A stretch of 20,000 bases of DNA from an uncultured virus (IMG/VR IMGVR_UViG_3300032167_000100) (Duplodnaviria; Heunggongvirae; Uroviricota; Caudoviricetes). The stretch is taken from the IMG/VR virus record IMGVR_UViG_3300032167_000100; one strand, 5' to 3'. Below are positions 10,101 to 18,188 of the stretch, piece after piece. A program made the position numbers and the translations under genes. The notes below the pieces were generated by a model. That model was not told the origin of the DNA, searched no databases, and worked only from the letters and a program-made list of their open reading frames with translations. Positions within the stretch are counted from its first letter, which is position 1, and each line of letters opens with the position of its first letter.

Positions 10101-13100
10101 AGCAAGGTTGCATAGCGGAAGTCAGGCTTACTAGGATAGAGATGAGAGATATCTCCGATAGAAGAGATATTATTAGATCCGAAGACCTTAAACACGATAT
10201 CCTGCATGATACCTGCTGCACTAGGCTTGATAGTAATGGTTTCACCTGCTCTACACTTACCACCATAGTACGTACCAGCAGAGTTACCATATTCACAATA
10301 TTGATACTGGGTAGTGGAAGGTGTTACGTTAATAGCGATTTCATCGGGTGTAACGTAAACATTCGTACCCTTGTTGATACGGAAAGAAATATTGTTAGCA
10401 AGGTACTGAGGAGAGATGTATTTCGAATCCAAGAAACTAATACGCTTCTCAACGAACCAGAGCTTATGATACTTCTTAGAACCTTGACAGAGGTACTGAT
10501 AAATGGATGTAAAGATATCAGATTGAGTCGTAATATCATAGTATCCATCAGTAAAGATATCAAGGTATTTGAATCTTTGGTCTTCATTATATACGACAGG
10601 AGGAAGAGTTTCAACACCCTTAGTCATATACTCATTAAACATGATCTCAGGAGAGAGCAATGTCTTTGTAGAGTCACGAAGAGTATTCCAACGAGCCTTA
10701 ATTTCAGCACCGAAAGCATCCTCAACCATGCACCAGAATACAGAACCTTCACCGTTGAAGCAGTAGGTAGGGTTACCATCTGCGTCGTAAGCATAGATAT
10801 CATGAATCTCGACGTCATAGTTATAGATGTTACGACCGTTGTTATCAACGCCTCCGCAAGAGTCCATATCGTAAAGCGAAGTATACCAAATCGGGAAAAT
10901 CGAATTCTCCCAGTCAATTAAGTTAAAGTTAAACTCGCCAGTGTCAGCATTAATACAGTCACGAACGGAAGAAATAGATCCGGAAGTAAACCTGATATTT
11001 ACCTCACTGAGTGCTTTTGCTTCTGTAGTATCTTTGCCTTCTGTTCTATACTGTGCATATCTATTCGTGTCATGATATACATCATAGCAGGACATGAACA
11101 TGTTCTTTGCACGGTTATCGACGAGTGCTATAGTTTCGACACAGATGTAGTAGTTAATTACGTGGGACTTCTTGAAGTGTCTTTCAAATTCCTTAATGAA
11201 GATTGCCTTACGGTAATCTCTCTCATTGTAGTAGTAGTTACCGTCATAAGTAAACGGAGTAACTACCGTCTCGGAGCTTGCTTCCCAGTAGTTTGCACGC
11301 TGGAGAACCCAAGAGTACATGACCTGCATGTGCATATAGTCGGGTTCCAATCCAACATCTTCCAGGTCACCCTGGTCAGGATATGTGGACTCAAGTGCCG
11401 ACAGAGCAGCAATCTTAGAACCAGTTACTCTACCATCAGAGTCAATCTGGGGAATGGGCTCGAGAAGTTTATGAGATTTGAAGTTACAGATATCATCCTT
11501 GTTATCAAGGTATTCCCATTTCTGTGCCTTGGTTGTATTTGTGATATTTCCATCTGCGTCTTCATCGCCATCGTTCTCCAGACCAAAGGACTTAGTAGAA
11601 CCCTTATCGTAGTTGAAGTTGTAACGACCAATGAAGTTAATCTCACTAGTCTCCGTGTCTCTCTGGAAGATAAGGCAACGGAAGCCAGGGATACAGATGA
11701 AGCAGTCTTTATTATCCTCTCCATAAGGATTGTTTCTCTGGGGAGGTATGGGATCTTCGAAGAACTTAGGGAAGAGTCGACCGTTGTCAGAGTTGATACC
11801 GTCAGGAGACATGTAGTCAGCCTTTACACAGATAGTAGACTCAGCAGCACCCATATAGTTGCCTTCGGAGAAGAGTTTGTATTTGAACTTCGACTCAGAG
11901 ATCTCATCATTAACACCAATGTTAACGTGATGAGCTCCAGTCTCAGCATTCAATTGCAATGCAGAAGCCTGACGAATTCTGGTCTCATCCTGAATAAGGT
12001 ACTGAGCGATGTTAGAATTCTGTTCGCCTCTGTAGTAGAATTCGCTTCCTGCAGGAACGAAGTAATATCGATAGCCTTCCTCAGTTCCATCAGTAGCATC
12101 GAAGATAAGAACGTTGGACTGAGAAGCGGTAACGATAGGAGCAAAGACAGAGGTTTCATCAGTTCCATTGGTAGAGCTACCAGTGAAATCACAAGCCTTA
12201 ACACACTGCCACTGAGCCTTCGCATAGTAAACGATATCATTTACTCGGTAGGTAGAAGTGGTCTGATATGTGTCGGACTGCTGAGAATCGGCGATCTTTA
12301 CCCAGTACTCAGTGTTACCAGGTCCATACCATTTCTTAAATACGAACGGCTTATATTCACAGTATGTCTCATCCGTACCATCTTCACTCTTGACATAGTA
12401 GGACGTTACATTCTGATAATCTTTTGTCTTGATAAGAACGAATTTGAACTTGTAATTCTTCTTAGCATAAATCTGAGAAGACGTACCCTGAACGTTGGTT
12501 TCGCAAAGATAGATCTTTTCTTCGGTATTGTCACCCTTTGTATAGTAGTCCATACAATTGATCTTAGTCTCGAAACCTTCAGCAGTACTTGCAGGTTCAG
12601 TATAGATGATACCAACCTTGGTCTTGTTTCCCTTAATAGGAGATAACTGTCCAGTTACCAGGAAGCAAGGATAAAGCTTCTTAGCCTTATCATAGACAAG
12701 CTTGATACCAGACATACCACCAGAGGTATTGTAGATGTTGTTCTTATCATATTCTGCCATCTTCTCTTTGATACTAGGTCTATCTGCGATAAAGTTCTGG
12801 ATAATATCAGAATCCTTAAGAGCCATTTCATAGCATCTTACAGAGTAGACATCCAAGGTTGCATCGTTAGAACCAAGTACGAGAGAAGGCTTAGTGTTTT
12901 GGCTAAAGTAATAGCTGGAGAAGGAGAGTGCTTTGGAAAGCTCACCGTTGAGGTACATACGAATAAACTGAGTTGTATTCATCTTACCTGACGATGCATT
13001 CTCATTCTCGATTACGATAGTAAGCTGGATACGCTCATTATCCTTGATCTGAACGAACGGGATAGAGTCTTTGTTAGAGATAGATCCAGCCGAGTTGTAG

Positions 13101-15244
13101 TGAAGCTTAAAGTTCTCATTGGTGAGGTAAGCTTCCTGAGGTGTGACGATAAGTCCACGACCTTCAGTATTGTTGATGAGTGAGATACAAGGTGTGCCAT
13201 AGTCCAAGACGTTGGATACCTTGAAGTCAATTACGATAGTTCTACCACTACCAGCAATGGTATTAGTAGCCTCTACGAAATCTCCATCATTACGATAATA
13301 GAGATATTGGTCGTTAAAGAGAATCGGAATAGTACACTTTGCAGATCCATTAAGATGGAGAGCGATAGCACCTTCATCATCCTCAATCCAACCATTGTTA
13401 ACATAGTTCAGGTTCTGAAGCGAAGCCTCGAGAACTTTACCGGTATTTGCACCACCCTGGAAACATGTCCAGCTTGCTTTAGATTCCGATGCATTCGACT
13501 TACCAGAAGAGGTAAAGTAACAGAATGTAGGAACGCTTGCAGGGTTCAGGTTGTAGTCACCGGATACAGAACCAAGCTCGAGCATGAATGTCTTTGCAGT
13601 AGTACCATGTTCATTGGTACAAGACAGCTCAAGGAATATAGTAGTAGCAGTCTTCGGGTCAGGATAGTCAGTAATTGCCCATCTGTCCTTAGCTGCTCCG
13701 TTTTTGAAAGTTACATCTTCATCATCATAGATGATTTTAACAACGTATCTACCTTCAGCAATTTCGAGACCGGTATCTCTCCGTCTAATCTGGGTTGCAC
13801 TAGGTGTTGCGTCATCTGCAACTACAAGAAGTGCACCCTCAGCATCAGCAGTAAGTTCCTGACCGAGCTCATCGGTGCCGGTATAATAGTAGATTGTACG
13901 AACTACATTGTTCGTATACTCAGTAGATGCATTGTAAGAGTAAACCGCATATGTGATATATGCGTTATCACCATAATCGATCTTATTAGCGGAAATGGAT
14001 GCAGAAATCAACGGTACCGGATTATTGGATTCACAATACATGATATTGAAATACAAACTATCCGACTTGATTACATTATCAGTATCAATAGTACCAGTAA
14101 TTACGCAGTATTGCTCCATGGAATAGGTTCCATGGTAACTTTCTTTTCCAGGGAAGAGATCGCTAAGGTTAATAGTTGACCAGTTATATGCACCGGAAGA
14201 AGTACCAATGTCTTTAACAATAGTCTTCTTAACACCAGTAGCATCATCGGTAATATCCAAGTATACCGTCTTCTCAACACCTTCACCGAAGCAGTACCAA
14301 GCATATGTAATAATCTGCATATTCTTGACAGTTGCATCGCTAAATGCTGAGTCAGGTTCAAGGTACATGGCAATGACATTAACTGTAAAGTCCATAGACT
14401 TCTGCTTTCTGGACTCGCCACCGGTTACGGTAATACGAATAGTATTCTCACCTTCAGCGAAATCATAACCATAGTCAGCAGGGTCGAAGTAAACAGGACA
14501 GTAAGTCTTACCAAGTTCATAGCTCGGGTCGTTAGGATCGGTTACCGTAGTCGGGTTGATGTTATAGACCAAGTTAGGATGAGAGATTGTTACAAACTTC
14601 TCATCGGTAGGTCTCTTGATTTGGTAAGTGATAGTACCAGGTTTATTGGTAGTATCGTTACCATATTTCTCATTATATACAAATCCTACTTCACAGGACT
14701 GACCTGTAGTAAGAGTATAAGATGTCTGAATTTCTGTTGAATAGAGCTGTACAAGGAACGAAGTTGCGACGTCGGTAAGAACTCGGTTAATATCGATCTT
14801 ATAAACGATAACTTCTTCATTCTCAGTGTCGATGTATGTGATAATTTCACCAACTTCACCAATGTTCTTTGCATAGTTCTCAGCTTCAGCCATATCGGTG
14901 AATATTTTAGATTCACCACCAGCAATGGGTATGAAGTTAGGAAGACCGCCTGCTTTATTTGCAAGTCGGATGTATGCATTACTCTCACCGGTTAAAAATA
15001 CGATAGTATCTTTCGGTATCAGGCTTGTTGCACCTGATACCGGACCGATAGGTTTAGATACACCCGCTTCATAGTCTTCCAGAGATTCATAGACTGCCGT
15101 TTTATTAGAGTTGAAAGCATAGAAGGCTTTCGGAACTCGCTTATTAATAGGAGTAGAGTCTGATGTTGACGATGCAATATGATCACCATAGGCGATTATT
15201 TCGTCAGCGTCAGTGGTAGTCATTTTACCGATAACCTTTGGCAT
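4172..15244 (-). CDS. Giant 3690-aa multidomain phage protein: LamG-like + CotH-like kinase + LRR + BspA LRR_5 blocks + PKD-like module
   Basis: Uninterrupted ORF with SD AGAGGAG at 15254-15260. Kinase-like motifs QGTSSxxYAKKNYK, CVKADYMS, GRYNFNYDKG, DNRAKNMF, LYDMDS (~10410-12660). LamG-like region GWIEDDEG...GRTIVIDFKV...MYLNGE (~12790-13510). LRRs at ~9680-10170. Many IPxSVxxIGxxAFxxC repeats between 4175 and 8540. IWGDGT at ~4982-4999. Confidence 0.92.
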   Translation of the reverse strand: MPKVIGKMTTTDADEIIAYGDHIASSTSDSTPINKRVPKAFYAFNSNKTAVYESLEDYEAGVSKPIGPVSGATSLIPKDTIVFLTGESNAYIRLANKAGGLPNFIPIAGGESKIFTDMAEAENYAKNIGEVGEIITYIDTENEEVIVYKIDINRVLTDVATSFLVQLYSTEIQTSYTLTTGQSCEVGFVYNEKYGNDTTNKPGTITYQIKRPTDEKFVTISHPNLVYNINPTTVTDPNDPSYELGKTYCPVYFDPADYGYDFAEGENTIRITVTGGESRKQKSMDFTVNVIAMYLEPDSAFSDATVKNMQIITYAWYCFGEGVEKTVYLDITDDATGVKKTIVKDIGTSSGAYNWSTINLSDLFPGKESYHGTYSMEQYCVITGTIDTDNVIKSDSLYFNIMYCESNNPVPLISASISANKIDYGDNAYITYAVYSYNASTEYTNNVVRTIYYYTGTDELGQELTADAEGALLVVADDATPSATQIRRRDTGLEIAEGRYVVKIIYDDEDVTFKNGAAKDRWAITDYPDPKTATTIFLELSCTNEHGTTAKTFMLELGSVSGDYNLNPASVPTFCYFTSSGKSNASESKASWTCFQGGANTGKVLEASLQNLNYVNNGWIEDDEGAIALHLNGSAKCTIPILFNDQYLYYRNDGDFVEATNTIAGSGRTIVIDFKVSNVLDYGTPCISLINNTEGRGLIVTPQEAYLTNENFKLHYNSAGSISNKDSIPFVQIKDNERIQLTIVIENENASSGKMNTTQFIRMYLNGELSKALSFSSYYFSQNTKPSLVLGSNDATLDVYSVRCYEMALKDSDIIQNFIADRPSIKEKMAEYDKNNIYNTSGGMSGIKLVYDKAKKLYPCFLVTGQLSPIKGNKTKVGIIYTEPASTAEGFETKINCMDYYTKGDNTEEKIYLCETNVQGTSSQIYAKKNYKFKFVLIKTKDYQNVTSYYVKSEDGTDETYCEYKPFVFKKWYGPGNTEYWVKIADSQQSDTYQTTSTYRVNDIVYYAKAQWQCVKACDFTGSSTNGTDETSVFAPIVTASQSNVLIFDATDGTEEGYRYYFVPAGSEFYYRGEQNSNIAQYLIQDETRIRQASALQLNAETGAHHVNIGVNDEISESKFKYKLFSEGNYMGAAESTICVKADYMSPDGINSDNGRLFPKFFEDPIPPQRNNPYGEDNKDCFICIPGFRCLIFQRDTETSEINFIGRYNFNYDKGSTKSFGLENDGDEDADGNITNTTKAQKWEYLDNKDDICNFKSHKLLEPIPQIDSDGRVTGSKIAALSALESTYPDQGDLEDVGLEPDYMHMQVMYSWVLQRANYWEASSETVVTPFTYDGNYYYNERDYRKAIFIKEFERHFKKSHVINYYICVETIALVDNRAKNMFMSCYDVYHDTNRYAQYRTEGKDTTEAKALSEVNIRFTSGSISSVRDCINADTGEFNFNLIDWENSIFPIWYTSLYDMDSCGGVDNNGRNIYNYDVEIHDIYAYDADGNPTYCFNGEGSVFWCMVEDAFGAEIKARWNTLRDSTKTLLSPEIMFNEYMTKGVETLPPVVYNEDQRFKYLDIFTDGYYDITTQSDIFTSIYQYLCQGSKKYHKLWFVEKRISFLDSKYISPQYLANNISFRINKGTNVYVTPDEIAINVTPSTTQYQYCEYGNSAGTYYGGKCRAGETITIKPSAAGIMQDIVFKVFGSNNISSIGDISHLYPSKPDFRYATLLKDLIIGSSREGYTNSYLTSEYMSTINLPLLQKFDISNCDALTGSIDMTGCTNIQEIYAVGTNVPSILVPNGGSLRVMKLPRSITTLKLQNQKYIENLSLEDYSNLTHLYLQDVAGIEIPELVMKATNLKYARLINVNWVLDGKDVLNKLMACGGLTEAGGEIDKCVLTGSIIVNNVSKVNQELWTDYWASYIADGSLRFTFGESANFFYATYYKTNATDVQVEGTTGANGYIQEVVRTVAEEGDATWYCELLTDTFGNGANNINKSMFRPVLLATNTNQPIEGDNAPVITDSVEIKASLVSSYWCVDGAITSYSPSDYYLALEEYNDQGHIRYVQTDGVNNRYKRIATYDMWIRNADNTLAMYSSVTHKVVLKDNNGNIVYTSSDGIRAQPPADAQSTGYWYDASGAQIIVNNQICSTDNFTCHIIGYEDIYTEFVDEGDMPEYNNPEYPTNGNLMFSHWSPVVPSISKNECIYSHFISGYTSAPLNPAFYKDGYEAYESDGNGNPLSYKLTKVESAFTETGNTELVIPKAIDGIPIKALGDRLFSSMFAGGRGVTAVYFETGSEVEYIGNEVFSGCTDLQTIEIPDSVKHLGENVFNNCTATIMWTGNPTITNIGKYAFNNCASEYMKVNCQPRERNIPDSLVTIEEHAFANSRMDINWGSVSKTEVIGSYAFQSSTAENITLPGSLREIGLSAFGGCENLTEITIPRSTKRINAGAFNGCRNLATVTLANGIDLEYIGTGKTVFNGTAFAGTYEEAATHTTDKHWVSTGGGKALYLDSNNGKYLLCVESGTTRLPVDSSTLLIAESACEGIITLTNLTMEASSNTKYINSKAFKGTAIAGTVTIPNNVKVIEESVFENCSAVNTVVLGTGAEIIQSYAFANCGVGTVTFNEGLKRLEDYAFYNCQNITTVALPVSVEYIGDFVFNKCNAIQIMKVPYVGRTKDSNKTYDSVFGYFFGYQINPDSVKVGDNLTGKTIFFDTEKAISYGTETTIMSVDVNTGTPEVPVMVNMLKFVAGPSGSSIYIRNSVASQGYDTIVEITEGATYKETYYTFPNGSTPYVITSIMNDDNIMVYNRDYVDLMKESNIAPTTQYFNETEFEEYYIPSSIREIHLLKTERIPFGAFQNIASLQTFTIDGNCPISDIGVGAFANCTGLSTINGLSFAITLRNVGAGAFAACSSLTSVELPAGVVSIGDSVFNGCANLATLAVPASLEEIGVDALKNTAIQYNTSGNIKYLGNSTNQYLWAISTVDPDVANNTLAESTVGIYYDCFKGCVNMEQIAITQNVKTIYDRAFMISELDANGNYIGTPPKLNSIACTGNAKFNSVDGILYANSYTELVAYPMGKSNTSQIIINGNTTIVRPYACYGVKNSKFAFTTALTRIGDHAFYGAAGLASATISFVIVQVTDDMFWRCSNANLKFEGELAELGERSFYMCANLSGIRLANTIESIPEECFYGCTNLVNFTDNTGTGGFVIPASVDYIGPNAFYGVAPTGNNLPYSISFEMGSNLLSIGPSAFAGVRTQTLAIPETCKSIGNKAFYQCGLTSIKIPAAVETIGTSAFEGSERLTSADIGIGVNSIGSKAFYGCTSLSTVNMSASMGSNVAMVNIDAFENNAYDRLFVVPKDATPNFVNATNWSTYEIFIIDKDDFESGITTLEVTVNMNDNFGISITKYPTPVTKFNNTTGHEETIYKPELTTIIWGDGTYSWTSYCGEPDAEGNIPVDRAVDGNGKILGVGVQFNRANRTHSDQYEKNYNHNRYVLTNAEYNTWVYTNADGKQEMRYNYTIATVDGEYVGEPKHCLYDTSEKNTFTIKIVNRGNWKCGTYILGSQSYNSRINSAILDEHIEDYGANMFYGATGMKTISLPGMYLSKYTKVGNNFMTNCSNAEMVAVNLPKSVTVIGSNAFAYCSHLEYINLNNVEEIQSGAFAGCSSLPNVTLEKIQSLGANAFNSCNELYRVILDTDAIPSVTSTTF

Positions 15245-15253
15245 CTATATTAT

Positions 15254-15260
15254 CTCCTCT
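15254..15260 (-). promoter_or_regulatory. Shine-Dalgarno AGAGGAG for the 3690-aa CDS
   Basis: Minus strand TAA G AGAGGAG ATAATATAG ATG, directly after the upstream stop. Confidence 0.7.
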
Positions 15261-15261
15261 C

Positions 15262-16341
15262 TTATTGTAATTCTATAGTAAGTGTAACGCTATTCGCAGA
15301 CTGGAGATCCGTTCTGTAGCAGTTATAATCCGTTACAGAAAGGTTAGTATGAGAAGTTACGTTAGACACATGTACAAAGTTAGATGTCTTCATAAAGACG
15401 TCTGTTACATCGTATCCATTCATCTGTACAGACTTAAGAGTCTTTCCACCAGGAATACAAAGCCAAATATAGTCGTTACCAACTGTATTAATATGGACTG
15501 TGTATCTGTTTCCGGAACAGAGCTGTACACCTTCACCATCACTGGTTTGGGCAAATGTATCAGATGTAATAATACTTGCTTGAATGTTAGCCTGAGTAGA
15601 TGAGCCGAAGTATGCATAGTAGCATCCAGTAACAGCAAATCTACCAGTAGCAGACAAAGGACCGGACTTATCAGTTGCAGAAGCAACGAAGTCATAAGAC
15701 TTAAGACCAGCCTCTACAGAACCGTTGATTGACAACGGAGCACCGGCACTAGATGTGAATGAACCTACTGCAAGTGTTTGATCTTGAGCTACGTCTGCTT
15801 GTGCAAGTTTATATGAGTAGAGACCGCAAGTGAAATCAATATCACTGCGAATGGTTCCAGGTGTGCTAACTTTAAAACCGAAGTTAATAAGTGAATAGGT
15901 CTCACCAACTTCACAGACTCTAGAAGAGAGTCCAGTAAAGCTAAGTCCTGCAGCAACTGCAGGACCTCCACCTCCGCCATTTTCCTCTACATATTTTGCT
16001 ATATAATCTTTAATCTTAGCACCCGTCCAGCCTTTGGTATCATCCTCTTCTTCTCCGACATCAATAAGCTTGACATCCTGAGTCTTGAGAGTTCCCAAAG
16101 TATCGGCGATAAGATAAGTTGTTAAGATACCACGAGTTTTGTCGATGACAGTGATAGACTGTCCCACATATGCAGTAGGACTATATCTTGCATAACCTCT
16201 CGCAGTATTTTGGTCAGTTGTACCTTCATCTCCCAAGGAGAAAAAGATTTCATCATCGTATGCAGGGAAAGGTCCTTGACGACGAATTGATCTAGGGTAC
16301 TCATTGTATTTAGTGGGTCTAGATGATAATTCTATTGCCAT
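15262..16341 (-). CDS. Hypothetical phage structural protein (359 aa)
   Basis: The SD TAAGGAGG (16349-16356) overlaps the upstream stop. N-terminal RQGPFP...AYVGQSITV motif, a Gly linker (GGGGGP) and beta-rich C-terminal domains (YAYFGSS...YIWLCIP). Lies in a tail-gene context. Confidence 0.8.
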   Translation of the reverse strand: MAIELSSRPTKYNEYPRSIRRQGPFPAYDDEIFFSLGDEGTTDQNTARGYARYSPTAYVGQSITVIDKTRGILTTYLIADTLGTLKTQDVKLIDVGEEEDDTKGWTGAKIKDYIAKYVEENGGGGGPAVAAGLSFTGLSSRVCEVGETYSLINFGFKVSTPGTIRSDIDFTCGLYSYKLAQADVAQDQTLAVGSFTSSAGAPLSINGSVEAGLKSYDFVASATDKSGPLSATGRFAVTGCYYAYFGSSTQANIQASIITSDTFAQTSDGEGVQLCSGNRYTVHINTVGNDYIWLCIPGGKTLKSVQMNGYDVTDVFMKTSNFVHVSNVTSHTNLSVTDYNCYRTDLQSANSVTLTIELQ

Positions 16342-16353
16342 ATCAGGACCTCC

Positions 16354-18078
16354 TTATACATTGATAGTAACAACTACCGTGTTAGTAGTTGTGAACGGAA
16401 TAGCCGGAGCATAACCATAGATATCATATTCTGCGGCATTAGCAGCTGTTCCATCGGCGGCTTGTACATAGATAGTTCCCATCTTAGTCAAATCGAACGG
16501 AGAGTTAACAGTTTGGTTATACAATTCAGGAGCAGGCTTTCCCTTCGGTACTGCTACCAAAAGCTGAAGTGTTCCTGGGCTTACTGTAAACATTGCTGTT
16601 CTCTTGGCTGTAGGATAAGGTGTGTTAGACGGGGTAAGAGCACGTACAATCTCGCTTGTGATTGTATTTGAAGCATATTTAGTCAGAGACTCACCAAAAT
16701 AGAATCCCATTCTATAGGACTCAATATATCCACTAGCAGCAGATAAGTGATAAGGATAAGTATCCAGACCAAGTGTGATTGATTGTGAAACGGGATCATA
16801 TTTTACCGTAGTGAGAGAACCTTTATTATTCGTTGCACACTTATCGGTTTTAACCATTGCATATGCTTCGAACTTCTTCTTGTATCCCTCGGGAATTATG
16901 AATGTTCCGTTATTTCCAGACAGAACGATTTTACCGTCTGTCATATCATCTTGGTTTAACTGGGAAGGTTCGCCAGGTAGCGTTCCACCATCACCAAGAT
17001 AAGTTACAACGTAAGAATCTATATGAGCCTCTATACTCTCAGTTTCACCGGCACATTCATACTCACCGTCTGTAAGCTCGAGGCTCCAGTTTTGGGTGAT
17101 AGATGTACCAATCTCAAACATACCAGTTTTGAGAGCATTGACTTTCAGGACAGGTTCTTTTCCAATCGTCGGCGTAATAACCGCATTGAAAATCTCATCC
17201 AGAATTTCATATAACGTCTTACCAGTAATATTCCATGTTCTTCTCGACTTTTTGATATTACCTACGTTATCCCAATCTCCATCAAGTTGGAGGTCTTTAG
17301 TCATAATGATCTTCTCTACATCAAGTTGCCCGTTAAGAGCAATCCAAGTAGAACCATCAAAGATATAGGTAATTACATCGTAGGGAGCACCTACAATAGT
17401 AGCATCCTCGGTTGTCTTGATGATAACCATATCACCATAACAAACCTGACGTCGAGCAAGAATTCTATTTATCGCATCAGAATCAACTTCATTGGTAGCC
17501 CTTATTCCATAATGAATAGTGGGTCTATCCAATAAGTCCATGAACGAAGATACACCGCCTCCAGTAGAGGTAAGAAGTTCCCAGTCATCTTCAGTCGTGG
17601 GACCATGATTTTCGGTAGTCTTCGTATATATTACAAAACCTTCACCTGACGGTGCGGTTGCAATTATCATTGCACCACTAGGTACATTCTCTACACTGAA
17701 TACATCTTCAAGAGATTGATAAATATTCGTCGAAGAAATACCGGTTGCAGTACCAGTGATTAAGTTAGCAATTAGCGTAGTTTGCCAACTGCTGTCGCCG
17801 ACCTTTTCAGTGAGAAGTACATCATATGCTTTAAATGCAGTATACGTACTATCGGCGTTTAGACAGGTTCCAGATCCAGTTGACACCCAAAGAGATGAGT
17901 TATCAGCTTGGTCGGAGACCATTTTCAAACCTATTAAATATTTGATTTTTTCATAGTCGCAATAGAAAATTGAGTATGAATTTTTCTCAACTTCACGACT
18001 ATAAGCTTCCGCTTTGATACAGTCTACCAACTGTCCTTGTATACGGACTTGGAAGGTATCATTAATAGGAATGCTCAT
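16354..18078 (-). CDS. Hypothetical phage structural / tail-associated protein (574 aa)
   Basis: SD AGGAGGTG at 18084-18091. Contains GGGVSSFMDLLDRPTI (resembles the xDLxxKPxI fibre motif), YIFDGSTWIAL, and a C-terminal GFYFG...SEIVRAL...LLVAVP domain. Confidence 0.8.
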   Translation of the reverse strand: MSIPINDTFQVRIQGQLVDCIKAEAYSREVEKNSYSIFYCDYEKIKYLIGLKMVSDQADNSSLWVSTGSGTCLNADSTYTAFKAYDVLLTEKVGDSSWQTTLIANLITGTATGISSTNIYQSLEDVFSVENVPSGAMIIATAPSGEGFVIYTKTTENHGPTTEDDWELLTSTGGGVSSFMDLLDRPTIHYGIRATNEVDSDAINRILARRQVCYGDMVIIKTTEDATIVGAPYDVITYIFDGSTWIALNGQLDVEKIIMTKDLQLDGDWDNVGNIKKSRRTWNITGKTLYEILDEIFNAVITPTIGKEPVLKVNALKTGMFEIGTSITQNWSLELTDGEYECAGETESIEAHIDSYVVTYLGDGGTLPGEPSQLNQDDMTDGKIVLSGNNGTFIIPEGYKKKFEAYAMVKTDKCATNNKGSLTTVKYDPVSQSITLGLDTYPYHLSAASGYIESYRMGFYFGESLTKYASNTITSEIVRALTPSNTPYPTAKRTAMFTVSPGTLQLLVAVPKGKPAPELYNQTVNSPFDLTKMGTIYVQAADGTAANAAEYDIYGYAPAIPFTTTNTVVVTINV

Positions 18079-18083
18079 AAATA

Positions 18084-18091
18084 CACCTCCT
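18084..18091 (-). promoter_or_regulatory. Shine-Dalgarno AGGAGGTG
   Basis: Near-perfect anti-SD complement 5 nt upstream of ATG 18078. Confidence 0.8.
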
Positions 18092-18101
18092 AAATAGATG
18101 T

Positions 18102-18136
18102 AAAAACGGGTCTAATACAATTGCTGTATTAGACCC
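18102..18136 (-). terminator. Intrinsic terminator-like hairpin
   Basis: Perfect 12-bp inverted repeat GGGTCTAATACA / TGTATTAGACCC (18108-18136, 5-nt loop), followed on the minus strand by GTTTTT. Confidence 0.7.
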
Positions 18137-18143
18137 TAATTGT

Positions 18144-18175
18144 ATTATATTATTGTTTTTGCTATTAAATAGCAA
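18144..18175 (-). promoter_or_regulatory. Possible sigma70/sigmaA-type promoter with an overlapping palindrome
   Basis: Minus strand TTGCTA (18170-18175), 17 nt, then TAATAT (18147-18152); an overlapping TATAAT lies at 18144-18149. The region is AT-rich, so a chance match is possible. Confidence 0.3.
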
Positions 18176-18188
18176 TTAAATTATTGAT

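Noticed and set aside
11880..12440. Possible intein in the kinase domain
   Set aside because: No N-terminal C/S block, no C-terminal HN-[CST] and no LAGLIDADG motif is visible.
5525..12646. Very long + strand ORFs (1050, 732 and 524 aa; also 452..1885 and 13307..14179)
   Set aside because: All lie in exact antisense codon register with the minus-strand genes. They arise because those genes seldom use TTA/CTA/TCA. Their translations have no recognisable motifs.
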